From Deinococcus sp. (GTDB lineage Bacteria > Deinococcota > Deinococci > Deinococcales > Deinococcaceae), in assembly GCA_965261005.1 (NCBI GenBank), contig OZ253375.1, positions 128,001 through 192,000 of the forward strand: a stretch of 64,000 nt of DNA, written 5' to 3'. Each line of letters opens with the position of its first letter. Within the stretch, counting starts at the first letter, position 1. Below the pieces are notes generated by a model. That model was not told the DNA's origin and did not search any database. It saw nothing but the letters and a program-made list of their open reading frames with translations. Positions 10,642 through 20,347 of the stretch are shown piece by piece. A program made the translations under genes and the position numbers.

Positions 10642-11544
10642 ATGACGCCGTTCCGGGCGTATTCGCCCGTCGCCCACACCTTTCCGCTGCCGGAAGGGCA
10701 CCGCTTTCCCATCTACAAGTACGCCGGCGTGGTGGAGCGTTTGCGCGGCCAGCTGCCCATTTTGGACACGCCCGCCCTCGATTGGGCGCTGGCGGAAGCC
10801 GTTCATGACCCCGCCTACCTGCGCCGCTGGCGAACCGGCGAGGTGTCGCGTGAGGAGGTGCGCGCCTTTGGGCTGCCGTGGAGTCCGCAGGTGGTCGAGC
10901 GCGCCCGCCGCGCCTCGGGCGGGACGCTGGCGGCGGCGCGCGACGCCCTGGAGAGCGGTTGGGGCGTCAACCTTGCCGGCGGCACCCACCACGCTTTTTT
11001 TGACCGCGCCGAAGGCTTTTCCCTGCTCAACGACGTGGTGATCGCCCTTCGCGCGCTGCTGGCTGAGGGCTTGGCAACACGTATTCTGGTCCTCGACCTC
11101 GACGTGCATCAAGGCAACGGCACCGCCAAGCTGCTCGAACATGAGCCGCGCGCCCTGACCCTGAGCGTCCACGGCGCGCGCAACTACCCCTTTCGCAAGG
11201 AGCGCAGCGATCTCGACGTGAACTTGCTCGACGGCGTGAGCGACGCCGAGTACTTGGCCGTGCTGGAGGCGCAGGTCTTTCCCGAGTTGGAGGCGTTCCG
11301 GCCCGACCTGATCTTTTACCTGGCGGGGGTGGACGTGCTGGCCGGCGACCGCTTCGGCCGCTTCGCACTGACTTTGGCAGGAGCTGACGAGCGCAGCCGG
11401 CGGGTCTACCGCTGGTGCGCCCGCGCCGGCGTGCCGGTGGTCAGCTTGATGGCCGGAGGCTACAACCGCGATCCCGCGCTGACCGTGGCCGCCCACGCGC
11501 GCACGGTGGAGGTCGGTTTGGACGTCTGGAACCGCTTACCTTAA
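10642..11544 (+). CDS. Histone deacetylase family protein
   Basis: [18 protein letters not shown] motifs. Confidence 0.93.
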   Translation: MTPFRAYSPVAHTFPLPEGHRFPIYKYAGVVERLRGQLPILDTPALDWALAEAVHDPAYLRRWRTGEVSREEVRAFGLPWSPQVVERARRASGGTLAAARDALESGWGVNLAGGTHHAFFDRAEGFSLLNDVVIALRALLAEGLATRILVLDLDVHQGNGTAKLLEHEPRALTLSVHGARNYPFRKERSDLDVNLLDGVSDAEYLAVLEAQVFPELEAFRPDLIFYLAGVDVLAGDRFGRFALTLAGADERSRRVYRWCARAGVPVVSLMAGGYNRDPALTVAAHARTVEVGLDVWNRLP

Positions 11545-11689
11545 TTGGTACTTAACTTACCAATTTTGTGCCCTGCGCCTGGGTTGGTTCACGGGGAGAC
11601 CGCTACACTTCAACAATAGAAGTGAGGCGCCGCGTCAACGATGAGGATGTGGGCCTTGTTTTCTTTTCTCGAAACTTCAAGGAGCGACC

Positions 11690-12328
11690 ATGTCCCCACT
11701 GCACGGCGAGCCGATTCATTCCCCAGAGACCCGTCCTATTTCCGAGCCACAAGGTCGGCCGCTTCGCCGGGGTGACACCCTCTACTACACCGGCGACCCG
11801 AGCACCAGCTTGTACCGCCTCGATGGCGGGCTGCTGCGCGCCATTCGCCTCACGGCGCAGGGGCGCAACCTGACCGTGCGCCACATCCAGCCCGGCGACA
11901 TTTTCGGCGAGGAGGCGTTGCACGGCTTGGCGCGCAGCCATCAGGTGGTGGCCTTGACCGAAGCCAACGTCACGCCCATCTACACCCAGATGCTCGGCAG
12001 CGAGGAGCTGTGGGGCGTGACGCGCTCCCTGAGCGCGCAGCTTCAGCGGGTCATGAACGACGGCGTCCACATTCAGGACGGCGAGCTGCGCGAGCGCATC
12101 GCGCGCTATCTGCTCAATCTGGCCGGCTCCAGCTTGGGGGGCGTTCACGCCGACGGCCGCCGCTTCGTGCGCGCCACCCACGAATTGATCGCCGAGGGCA
12201 CCGGCGCCACGCGCGAGTCGGTCAGCAAGCTGATCGGCGAGATGCGCGACGACGGCCTCTTGTCCCCGGCTTACCGCTGCATCACCCTGCAACACGAGGA
12301 GGCCCTGCGCGCTTTGTCGGGCATGTGA
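11690..12328 (+). CDS. Crp/Fnr family transcriptional regulator (Thermus LdrP-like)
   Basis: FGEEAL cNMP-fold segment; [25 protein letters not shown]. Confidence 0.88.
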   Translation: MSPLHGEPIHSPETRPISEPQGRPLRRGDTLYYTGDPSTSLYRLDGGLLRAIRLTAQGRNLTVRHIQPGDIFGEEALHGLARSHQVVALTEANVTPIYTQMLGSEELWGVTRSLSAQLQRVMNDGVHIQDGELRERIARYLLNLAGSSLGGVHADGRRFVRATHELIAEGTGATRESVSKLIGEMRDDGLLSPAYRCITLQHEEALRALSGM

Positions 12329-12338
12329 GACAACAGCA

Positions 12339-13340
12339 TTAAAGTAAACCCAGCCGCTCGAATTCCCGCCGCGCCGCCGCCTCAAACAGGGCGGCGGCCT
12401 CGTCAAAGGGCGCCATCACGGTCGCGCCGGCCGCCGCGACGTGTCCGCCGCCCCCGCAGGCGACGGCGATGTTCTGCGCGCTCACCTTGCCGCGCGACCG
12501 CAGCGAGAGCTTCACGCGGTCGCCGTAGTCCTTGAACAGGCAGGCCAGTTCGGTGCCCTCGGCCGAGCGGATCACGCTCACGTACGCCTCGACGTCTTCC
12601 CAGCGCGCGCCCGCCGCCGCCAGCATGGCCCCGTTCACCTGCGCCGTGACGAGTAAGCCGCCGAAGCCGTAGGCCATGCTCCCCAGCACCCGCTCCAAGA
12701 GGGCGTAATAGGAGGGCGGTTGCTGCGCCAGCGTCTCGTTGATGCCCGCCAAGTCCGCGCCGCGCTCGACCAAGTCGGCCGCCGCGCGCAGCACCTCGGC
12801 GGTGGTATTGGAGAAGCGGAACGAGCCGGTGTCCGTATTCAGGCCCAGCAGCAGCGGCGTGGCGACGTCGGGGGTGAGGGAGACGCCCAGCGCCTCGATC
12901 AGGTGCAGGACCATCAGGGCGGTGGCGGCCTTGGTGGGATCCACCAAGCTGAAGTCGGCCGTTCGGCGGTTGGTGCCGTGATGGTCCACGTTCACGACCT
13001 CGCCCGCGTAGCTGCCCACGTCCGCGCCCTCGACGCGCGCGAGGTCGGTGTTGTCCACGTCCAGCACCACCAACAGCGCCCCCACCGGCCACGCCTCCAA
13101 AGCGGGTTCCACCTCGCCGGGCCGCACGAAGGGGCGCAGGTACTTGGGCAGCCGCATGTACACCCGCGCCGGCTTGCCCAGCGCCGCGAGCGCGCGCGCC
13201 AGGCCCAGGCAGCTGCCCAGGGCGTCGCCGTCGGGGTCCACGTGCGACACGATGACGATGGGACCCGCCTGCGCGCGCAGCTTGGCGGCGATGGCGCGCG
13301 TGAGTTCGGCGTAGCGGGGTTCGGCGGCGTTGGCGGTCAT
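12339..13340 (-). CDS. DHH/DHHA1 phosphoesterase (NrnA-like)
   Basis: HVDPDGDALGS, DHH, DTGSF, GGGH motifs. Confidence 0.92.
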   Translation of the reverse strand: MTANAAEPRYAELTRAIAAKLRAQAGPIVIVSHVDPDGDALGSCLGLARALAALGKPARVYMRLPKYLRPFVRPGEVEPALEAWPVGALLVVLDVDNTDLARVEGADVGSYAGEVVNVDHHGTNRRTADFSLVDPTKAATALMVLHLIEALGVSLTPDVATPLLLGLNTDTGSFRFSNTTAEVLRAAADLVERGADLAGINETLAQQPPSYYALLERVLGSMAYGFGGLLVTAQVNGAMLAAAGARWEDVEAYVSVIRSAEGTELACLFKDYGDRVKLSLRSRGKVSAQNIAVACGGGGHVAAAGATVMAPFDEAAALFEAAARREFERLGLL

Positions 13341-13418
13341 GCGGGCAGTATACGGGCATGGGGATTGTGGACGTAGAAACTTGGGGCGCCGGCTTGGCGG
13401 GCGGGTATACTTGCGGGC

Positions 13419-14141
13419 GTGCCGCTGTTCTTCAACTTGGCCGCGCTGACCGGCGAGGAGCTTGAGCGCCTGCTGGGCGAGGCCGCCGCGCAAAAGCTGC
13501 GCCCGGACGTGTCGCGCGCCCGCATGGAGGGCAAGCCGTACCGTGGCCCGGAACTGGCCGCCGCGCTGCGCTTCGAGCCGCTCGGCCAAGCGGGGGGGGA
13601 CCAGGTGGGCGGGAGCCAGGCGGGCGCAAGACTGGGCGGTTGGGGCGCAACCCCACAGCACGCCCGCCGCCTGAGCGCGCTGGCGGGAGAATTGCGCGCC
13701 CAGGACTTCACCGAACTGGGCGCGGTCTACCTGCCGGGGGCGCTGGAGGCGCGCCACCAACTCGCCCTGTGCGGCGCGGGCCACGTGGCCGCCGCGCTGC
13801 GCTGGAGCGAAACCCTCGGTGAGCGGGCCGAGGCGCCGTTTGCCCAGCTGCTCAGCTTGCTGCGCGACCGCGCCTCGGGCTTCACGGCGGTGCTGACCAG
13901 CACGGCGCGCCGCTTGCCGGCGCCCACGCTCAGCCCGGAAGTCGCGCTGCGCCACCTGCCCGGCGCGGGCGCGGGGGAGGCGCTCGCCGTTCACCTCGGC
14001 GAGGTCGCCCGCCACGGCCGCGCGTCACGGGTGACCGGCTTGGCGGACTGGGCGCGCGTTCAACAGGCGGCCCGCGCCCTGAACGTGGCGGCCTGGTCGG
14101 GGCGCGGCGCCCTGATCGAGTTGGCGGAGCATCCGGCGTGA
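13419..14141 (+). CDS. Hypothetical protein
   Basis: Codon-consistent ORF coupled to the downstream HAD gene. Confidence 0.6.
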   Translation: MPLFFNLAALTGEELERLLGEAAAQKLRPDVSRARMEGKPYRGPELAAALRFEPLGQAGGDQVGGSQAGARLGGWGATPQHARRLSALAGELRAQDFTELGAVYLPGALEARHQLALCGAGHVAAALRWSETLGERAEAPFAQLLSLLRDRASGFTAVLTSTARRLPAPTLSPEVALRHLPGAGAGEALAVHLGEVARHGRASRVTGLADWARVQQAARALNVAAWSGRGALIELAEHPA

Positions 14142-14764
14142 GCGCGCCCGGCGCGGCGGCGGGGCGGCACGTCGCCTTCGATTGGGGTGGCGTCTTTACC
14201 CTCGGCACCTTCGACGGTTATTCAACCGAGCGCCTGGCCGCCCACTTCGGGCGGGACCTGACCGAGGTGCGCCGCCACTACTTCGCGCTGGTGCACCATC
14301 TGGAAGTGGGGGAGTGGACCTTGCCCGCCTTTTGGCAGGAGTTGGCCGCGCGCTTGAACCTGAGAGGCGTGCCCTACGCCGACTTCGAGGCCCTCTACAC
14401 CGGCTCGGTGCGGCGCAACGAGGCCATGTACGACCTGCTCACGCGGCTGCCCGCAGGGGTGCGGGTGGGCCTGCTCAGCAACAACTACCCGGTGGTCAGC
14501 GATGTGCTGCGCGAGGAAGCCGCCTTCGCGCGCTTCGACGCCTTGGTGTTCAGCAACGAGTTGGGCCACAAAAAGCCGGCCCCGGAGGCTTTTGACGCCC
14601 TCGCGCTGGCCCTCGGCGTGCCGCCGGAGGAGTGCGCCTTTGTGGACGACGTGGCCGAGAACATCGCGGCGGCGGAACGAAGCGGCTTTCACGGCCTGCT
14701 GTACCAGGAAGCGCGCCACGCCGACTTCGAGGCGGCGCTCGCGGGTTGGCTGGCGGGCGGATGA
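14138..14764 (+). CDS. HAD family phosphatase
   Basis: FDWGGV, LSN, KKP, FVDD motifs. Confidence 0.9.
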   Translation: MSAPGAAAGRHVAFDWGGVFTLGTFDGYSTERLAAHFGRDLTEVRRHYFALVHHLEVGEWTLPAFWQELAARLNLRGVPYADFEALYTGSVRRNEAMYDLLTRLPAGVRVGLLSNNYPVVSDVLREEAAFARFDALVFSNELGHKKPAPEAFDALALALGVPPEECAFVDDVAENIAAAERSGFHGLLYQEARHADFEAALAGWLAGG

Positions 14765-15093
14765 TGGGACTCGCCATTCGCCTGCTGCAAGGCTACCTGT
14801 GGCACCCGGCGGACGCGGACGTCGAGCTGAGCGCCTACCTGCCGGGGGAATTGGCCGGCGCTCAACTGCTGTGGGACGAGGTGCGGCCCCCCTTCGCCTT
14901 TTTCGAGAACGGCGAGCTGAGCGCTTCCCAGACCTTTTACCAATTCACCGCCCTGCGCCGTTACGAGGGGCGTCCAGAGAACGAGACGCTGCACGCCCAC
15001 GCGCTCGCCCTGCAAGGCGAACTCAGTCCCCGGTTGGAGGCCACTCCCCCCGGCGTGGGCTGGCAGCTGTGGGAGGACTTGCGCGAGCTGTGA
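14761..15093 (+). CDS. Conserved Deinococcus-Thermus protein (DUF3208-like)
   Basis: IRLLQGYLWHP...PPFAFFENG...WEDLREL; coupled to HAD gene. Confidence 0.7.
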   Translation: MMGLAIRLLQGYLWHPADADVELSAYLPGELAGAQLLWDEVRPPFAFFENGELSASQTFYQFTALRRYEGRPENETLHAHALALQGELSPRLEATPPGVGWQLWEDLREL

Positions 15094-15151
15094 AGGCGCA
15101 TTCGAGAAATTTCGCGCGGCCTAAAATAGCTCTGGGTTACACTGAACCCCT

Positions 15152-15343
15152 ATGACGCCGCGCTGGCTCGATTTGTATTGTGGCGACGATTCACACCCGC
15201 GCCGCTTCGACCGTTTGGACACGGCGCTCGCCTACCTGCGCCGCATCGAGCGCTTGCCGGAAGACGCGCTGGCCACCCTCGTGCGCGACGGCCAGGTCGC
15301 GCCGCCCCTCGCGCGGCGCGATTACCGCCTCGGCCGGCGCTGA
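15152..15343 (+). CDS. Small hypothetical protein
   Basis: 63-aa ORF preceded by TACACT -10-like box. Confidence 0.6.
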   Translation: MTPRWLDLYCGDDSHPRRFDRLDTALAYLRRIERLPEDALATLVRDGQVAPPLARRDYRLGRR

Positions 15344-15360
15344 CGCTCATCTCACACTGG

Positions 15361-16257
15361 CTACAAGCTGAGCGCCACCAGCAGCCGCTCCAAGCTGAGG
15401 GCGGGCGAGCGGCCGGACTTCATGGCGAGGTCGGCCTCCGCGACGCGCCGCAGGTGCGCGGCGATCTTGGCCTCGCTGAGGCGCCCCGCGACCTCCAAAG
15501 CCTTTTTGGCCGGGTAGGGCTTGACGCCCAAGCGGGCGGCCGCCGCCTGTTCCCCCACGATTCCCTCTTGTCGCAAGGCCACGCAGCGCGCGACCAGGCC
15601 GTATTGCCACACCACCGCGCCCAGCAGCCGGTAGGGGTCCTCGCCCCGCGCGAGCAGGCGCGTCAGCTGCGACAGCGCCTCGCCGGGCCGGCCGGCCGTG
15701 GCCGCGTCCAGCATCGCGAAGCTGTCGCCCGGCGCCTCCAGTCCCACCACGCGCGCCACACCTTCGCGGTCCGGCGGCCCGCCGAGCAGGGCCAGCTTGT
15801 TCAGCTCGCCGGCGATGGAGGCGAGGTCCGGCCCGAACACCTCGGCCAGGTAGAGGGCGGCGCCCTGTTCCAGCTTGAGGCCGCGCTCGCGCGCCCGCTT
15901 CACCGTCCAGCCGGCCACCTCGCTGGGCTTTTGCGGGGCCGCTGAGGCGAAGTGCTGCCCCTGCTCTTGGTACAGCTTGACGCGCGAGGCGGGCGCGGCC
16001 GGGTCGAGCACGGCCAGCGTGACGGGCGCCGCCCCGACAAGCGCCAGCAGGTCCTTGCTGGGCTTGACCCCCTCCAGGTCCAGCACCACCGCGCCGTCAC
16101 CGAACAGCGAGGGGGCCAGCAGCGGGGCGAGCGCCGCCGCCGTGACTTCCTCGCCGGACAGGCGCGGCAAGTCGCGCAGCCTGAGGCCGCGCTCCAGCAA
16201 GGTGGTGCGCGCCTGCTCTTCCAGCAAAAAGCGGTTGCCGGTGAAGCCGAGCAGCAT
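15361..16257 (-). CDS. holA: DNA polymerase III delta subunit
   Basis: ELNKLAL, AEADLAMKSG, LERL features; length. Confidence 0.88.
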   Translation of the reverse strand: MLLGFTGNRFLLEEQARTTLLERGLRLRDLPRLSGEEVTAAALAPLLAPSLFGDGAVVLDLEGVKPSKDLLALVGAAPVTLAVLDPAAPASRVKLYQEQGQHFASAAPQKPSEVAGWTVKRARERGLKLEQGAALYLAEVFGPDLASIAGELNKLALLGGPPDREGVARVVGLEAPGDSFAMLDAATAGRPGEALSQLTRLLARGEDPYRLLGAVVWQYGLVARCVALRQEGIVGEQAAAARLGVKPYPAKKALEVAGRLSEAKIAAHLRRVAEADLAMKSGRSPALSLERLLVALSL

Positions 16258-16273
16258 CAGCCTTCACCTCCGG

Positions 16274-17047
16274 TCAACGCCGGCCCTCGATCTCCTCGGC
16301 CGCGCGCTCCAACTCGATCAAAAATGCCAGGGCGCTCGACGGCCGCCGCGCCGGGTCGCGCTCCAAAGCTGAGTCCAGCAGCGGGCGCAGCGGCCCCGGC
16401 GCCGTGGGGACGCGCTCGTCGCTGGCGCCGCTCAGCCAGCCGAAGGGGTCGGGATACGGGGGCGCACCGGCCAGCGCCTCGAACAGGATGGCGGCGGCGC
16501 TGTAGAGGTCGCTGCGCGGCTCGTTGCGCACCCCCTGGTACTGCTCGGGCGGCATGTAGTGCGGCGTGCCGAAGCGGTCGCCGCGGCTGGTGATGCGCGG
16601 CAAGGCGCGGTCGTGCGACAGGCCGAAGTCGGTCACGCGCACCCGGCCCCCCTCCAGTAGCACGTTTTCGGGCTTGAGGTCGAGGTGAATGACGCCGCGC
16701 GCGTGGGCGTGACCGAGGGCGCCCAGCAGGCCGCGCGTCAAGTCGAGGGCCTCGCGCGTTTCCAGCACGCCGGCGTCCAGCTTGGCGCGCAAGTCGCCGC
16801 CCTCGATAAAGCGGTAGATCAGTTGGCTGCGGGTGTGCGCGAGGAGGGGCACGATGTTGGGATGGTTCAGGCGCGAGGCGATTTCGCCTTCCCGGTGAAA
16901 GCGGGCCAGCAGTTCGGGCGTGTCCTCCGTCAAGGTCTTGACCAGCACGGCCTGGCCGCGCCACTCGGCGCGCTCAAGCCGCACGCCGGAGCGCTCATGC
17001 AGCGTGCCGAGCGTGCGCGCCCGCTCCGGGCCGGGACGTGTGATCAC
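16274..17047 (-). CDS. Serine/threonine protein kinase
   Basis: HLDLKPEN, DFG, GTPHYMPPE, SDLYS. Confidence 0.92.
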   Translation of the reverse strand: MITRPGPERARTLGTLHERSGVRLERAEWRGQAVLVKTLTEDTPELLARFHREGEIASRLNHPNIVPLLAHTRSQLIYRFIEGGDLRAKLDAGVLETREALDLTRGLLGALGHAHARGVIHLDLKPENVLLEGGRVRVTDFGLSHDRALPRITSRGDRFGTPHYMPPEQYQGVRNEPRSDLYSAAAILFEALAGAPPYPDPFGWLSGASDERVPTAPGPLRPLLDSALERDPARRPSSALAFLIELERAAEEIEGRR

Positions 17048-17137
17048 CTCGCCATCTTAAGGCCCACGACCCTTGAAAACACAGAACCACTTAAGAACCA
17101 ACACCCTGCGGTGAAGGTGGGCGCGCTAGCTTGGGGC

Positions 17138-18142
17138 ATGCCCCAAGCCACGCTGCCCCTGGCCCTGACCGAACGGCCCCGCCGCCTGCGCCGCACGCCC
17201 GCCTTGCGCGCCCTCACGCGCGAAACCACGTTGCTGCCGTCCCAGCTGATCCTGCCCGTGTTCGTCCACGCGGGCGAGGGCCGCGAGCCGGTCGCCAGCA
17301 TGCCGGGGGTCTCGCGCCTGTCCCTGGAGGACTTGCTGGGCGAGGGTGAGCGCGCCCTCAGTTTGGGCGTGCGGGCCGTGGCCCTGTTTCCGCGGGTGCC
17401 GGATCACCTCAAGAACGCGCGCGGCGCCGAGAGCCTCAATCCAGACGGCCTGTTGCAGCGCGCCGTGCGCGCCCTCAAGCGCGAATTGCCCGACTTGGCG
17501 GTGATCACCGACGTGGCCCTCGACCCCTACTCCAGCGATGGGCACGACGGCCTGCTGGCGGGGAGCGGCGAGATTCTCAACGACGAGACCTTGGAATTGC
17601 TGGCCCGCATGGCCGTGTCACAGGCCGACGCGGGCGCCGACGTGGTGGCGCCGTCAGACATGATGGACGGCCGGGTCGGGGCCGTTCGCTCGGCCCTCGA
17701 CGCGGCCGGGCATCAACAGGTCGCCATCATGGCCTACTCCACCAAGTACGCCAGCGCCTATTACGGTCCCTTTCGCAGCGCCCTCGATTCCGCGCCCAAG
17801 CGCGGCGACAAGGCGACCTACCAAATGGACCCTCTGGGCGGCTACCGGGAAGTCACGCGCGAATCGCGCCTGGACGTGGCCGAGGGGGCCGACTTCTTGA
17901 TGGTCAAGCCGGCCCTGGCGTACCTAGACGTGCTGCGGGTGGTGCGCGACCGCTTCGACTTGCCGCTGGTCGCCTACAACGTCTCGGGCGAGTACGCCAT
18001 GGTCAAGGCGGCCAGCCTGGCCGGCTACCTCGACGAGCGCCGCACCGTGCTCGAAACGCTGGGCAGCATGCGGCGCGCCGGCGCGGACGCCATCCTGACC
18101 TACCACGCCCTCGACGCCGCCGGCTGGCTGAAGGAGGGCTAG
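17138..18142 (+). CDS. hemB: Porphobilinogen synthase
   Basis: RPRRLR, APSDMMDGR, YGPFR, MVKP motifs. Confidence 0.97.
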   Translation: MPQATLPLALTERPRRLRRTPALRALTRETTLLPSQLILPVFVHAGEGREPVASMPGVSRLSLEDLLGEGERALSLGVRAVALFPRVPDHLKNARGAESLNPDGLLQRAVRALKRELPDLAVITDVALDPYSSDGHDGLLAGSGEILNDETLELLARMAVSQADAGADVVAPSDMMDGRVGAVRSALDAAGHQQVAIMAYSTKYASAYYGPFRSALDSAPKRGDKATYQMDPLGGYREVTRESRLDVAEGADFLMVKPALAYLDVLRVVRDRFDLPLVAYNVSGEYAMVKAASLAGYLDERRTVLETLGSMRRAGADAILTYHALDAAGWLKEG

Positions 18143-18543
18143 CTCCCCACGACCAAGCTGAAGTCGAAGACCTGCCGCCCGCCGAGTTCCCGCCGCGCCA
18201 TGCCCACCAGGCGCAGGAGGCCGAGGTCGTACCACACGTTCGGCGCGAGGCGCTCCCACACCTGCGCGGACGCTCCATCTTCCAGCGCGCCGAAGAGCAG
18301 CGCGCAGGCGGGCGTGAGCACCTGATCGCCGGTCACGCCGTCGCCCAGGTAGTGCAGCACGTCGCCGTCCCAAAAGTCCAGGTAGCCCGACAAGCCATAG
18401 TCGAGCAGCAAGCTGAGCTGTCCCCCCGGCAAGCAGCGAATGCCGCGCCGCCCGCCGTGCCTCGCGCTGACAAAGGTCCACGGGTAAGGGCCGCGCCGCA
18501 GCAAGTGGGGCGGCCCGGGCAAACGTTCAGCGCTCGGCGGCAC
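18139..18543 (-). CDS. Stand-alone SRA/PUA-like domain protein
   Basis: YLDFWDGDVLHYLGDGVTGDQVL resembles SRA-like modules of SRA-HNH nucleases. Confidence 0.5.
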   Translation of the reverse strand: MPPSAERLPGPPHLLRRGPYPWTFVSARHGGRRGIRCLPGGQLSLLLDYGLSGYLDFWDGDVLHYLGDGVTGDQVLTPACALLFGALEDGASAQVWERLAPNVWYDLGLLRLVGMARRELGGRQVFDFSLVVGS

Positions 18544-20218
18544 CTTGAAAGCCCACCAGCAGCCGCAGCCCTTGGCGCGCCACGATCACGCCGCCAATGG
18601 GCAAGGCGAACACCTGCAACTCGCCCACCGGCAAGGCGGGGGCGCCAGGCAGCACGGCCGTGACCTCACCGCGGTAATCGGCGCGCAGCGTGAGGGCGCG
18701 CCCGGCGATGGTCACGGTCACCGGCTCACCTTGGTAAGCGACGCTGACCGCCTCGTCCTCGCCCGTCACCTCGTGGGCCTCGTGGGGTGGCCGGGCCTCG
18801 GCGGCCACGCGCAGCGCGTCCAGGAAGCGCGCCGTTCGCGTCTCCGAACAGCCGAGCGCGCGCCCCACCTCGCGCAGGGCGCGCGTGAAGTCCGCTTCGG
18901 GGCGGCGGCGGCGCCACGCCAGCAGATTCTCGGCCCCCTTGCGCGCGAAGGAGAGCAGGCTGGCGTGGTCGGCGGCGGCGTACTTGGCCGCGCTGTCCGG
19001 GCCGAGGCCGGCCGCCTCGAAGCGGCCGTCGCGCAGGTACTGCGCCGCGCCGCGCGTGAGGCGCAAGTTCAGGTAACCGTCGGCGCCGTCGAGCAGCAGG
19101 GCGACGACCCGCCCGAGGCCCAGCAAGGCCGGCAGCGAGGCGCGCTCCCCCTGCTCAAGGTCGAGCAATAGGTAATCGCCCCATAGCAGGGCGCGCAATT
19201 CCACGTGCTCGAAGGGAACGCGCGCCACGCTGACCCCGCGCTCTTCGCGGGCGAGCGGGTAGCTGGCGCCGCCGGCGAGCAGCTGCCAGCCGTTGCCGGC
19301 CGGCTGCCAAGCGATTACCTGACCTTGCCAACACACCTCGCCCGCCCCGGCGAGGCGCAGCGCCAAGGTCGAACTGGCTTGGTCCGGTTCGGTGAGCCGC
19401 CGCCCCGGGTCGTGCGCGAACAGGGCGCCTTCCAGCGCGGGCAGCTCTTGGCCGCTGCCGCCAAGGCTCGGCGGCAACAAGCCGGCCACGGCCTCGAAGC
19501 CGCGCGCCAGGGCCTCGCGAATCTGGGTGCGCTCGCTGTTGCGCCCGCCGGCCGTGTCGCCGCCCACGGTATGGCCGACCTCGTTGGAGGAGCGGCGCCG
19601 CGCGGGAAACGGGTTGTCGGTCAGCTCCAGCAGCGTGGAGCGCGCCCACTCGACCGGGGTGCTGGTATCCGAGCGCCGCCCGAGCAGCTGGTCCACCAGG
19701 GCGCCGAGCACGCCCAGCGCGACGGGGGGATGGTCCAGCGACACCAGCGGGTCGTGTTCGTCCGGCACGTCGTGTTGCAGCTTGCCGGCCTCCAGGTTCA
19801 GGCTCAGCGCGTACAGCACCCGCAAGGTGATCAGGCCGCTTTCGCGCCGCCAGCGCGCCGCCAACTTGGAAAGGGCGTCGTCGAGCCTGAGGCGCCACAA
19901 CTGTGCGCCCAACTGGGCGAGCGCCTCGCTCTCGGCGTCCGGTTGGAGCGCGCGAAGCGCGCTCCAGTCCTCCAGGGCGGCGCGGCCGTGACCGGGCTGC
20001 GCCGGCGCGGGCACGGGCACGGTCACGGTCACGGCGTACTCACGCCATTGCCGGTCGCTTTGCCGAAAGCGCCGCATCAAGGCGGAGTCCAGGGAACCGA
20101 ACAGCAGCGTGTCGCGCAGCGCCACCAGAGAGCGGCGCCCACCGCGCGGCTCGCGCCCGGCGAGCACGTCGGCGACCTTGTATTCATACAGTTCGAGCAA
20201 CTCGGCCCAAGGCTCCAC
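18527..20218 (-). CDS. Hypothetical protein (563 aa)
   Basis: GTG at 20218 preceded by TATACT box; GC3-rich codons. Confidence 0.7.
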   Translation of the reverse strand: MEPWAELLELYEYKVADVLAGREPRGGRRSLVALRDTLLFGSLDSALMRRFRQSDRQWREYAVTVTVPVPAPAQPGHGRAALEDWSALRALQPDAESEALAQLGAQLWRLRLDDALSKLAARWRRESGLITLRVLYALSLNLEAGKLQHDVPDEHDPLVSLDHPPVALGVLGALVDQLLGRRSDTSTPVEWARSTLLELTDNPFPARRRSSNEVGHTVGGDTAGGRNSERTQIREALARGFEAVAGLLPPSLGGSGQELPALEGALFAHDPGRRLTEPDQASSTLALRLAGAGEVCWQGQVIAWQPAGNGWQLLAGGASYPLAREERGVSVARVPFEHVELRALLWGDYLLLDLEQGERASLPALLGLGRVVALLLDGADGYLNLRLTRGAAQYLRDGRFEAAGLGPDSAAKYAAADHASLLSFARKGAENLLAWRRRRPEADFTRALREVGRALGCSETRTARFLDALRVAAEARPPHEAHEVTGEDEAVSVAYQGEPVTVTIAGRALTLRADYRGEVTAVLPGAPALPVGELQVFALPIGGVIVARQGLRLLVGFQGAAER

Positions 20219-20347
20219 AACCTCAGTATACCCGGGCTTTCTGTACACGGGCTTTTTCATGGCGTGAAAAGAGGGTGATGTTAAAATAAACGCCTGCTTT
20301 AAGGATCCCAGCTTGTTGAAGGAGTCCCGATTGAACCACGCGACCGT

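Noticed and set aside
12339..14015. 558-aa DHH protein and many long antisense ORFs elsewhere
   Set aside because: High-GC shadow frames overlapping well-supported genes.
20008..20034. Hexamer repeats (CACGGG/CACGGT) as a phase-variation tract
   Set aside because: In-frame, short and imperfect; encodes a VTVTVPVP linker.
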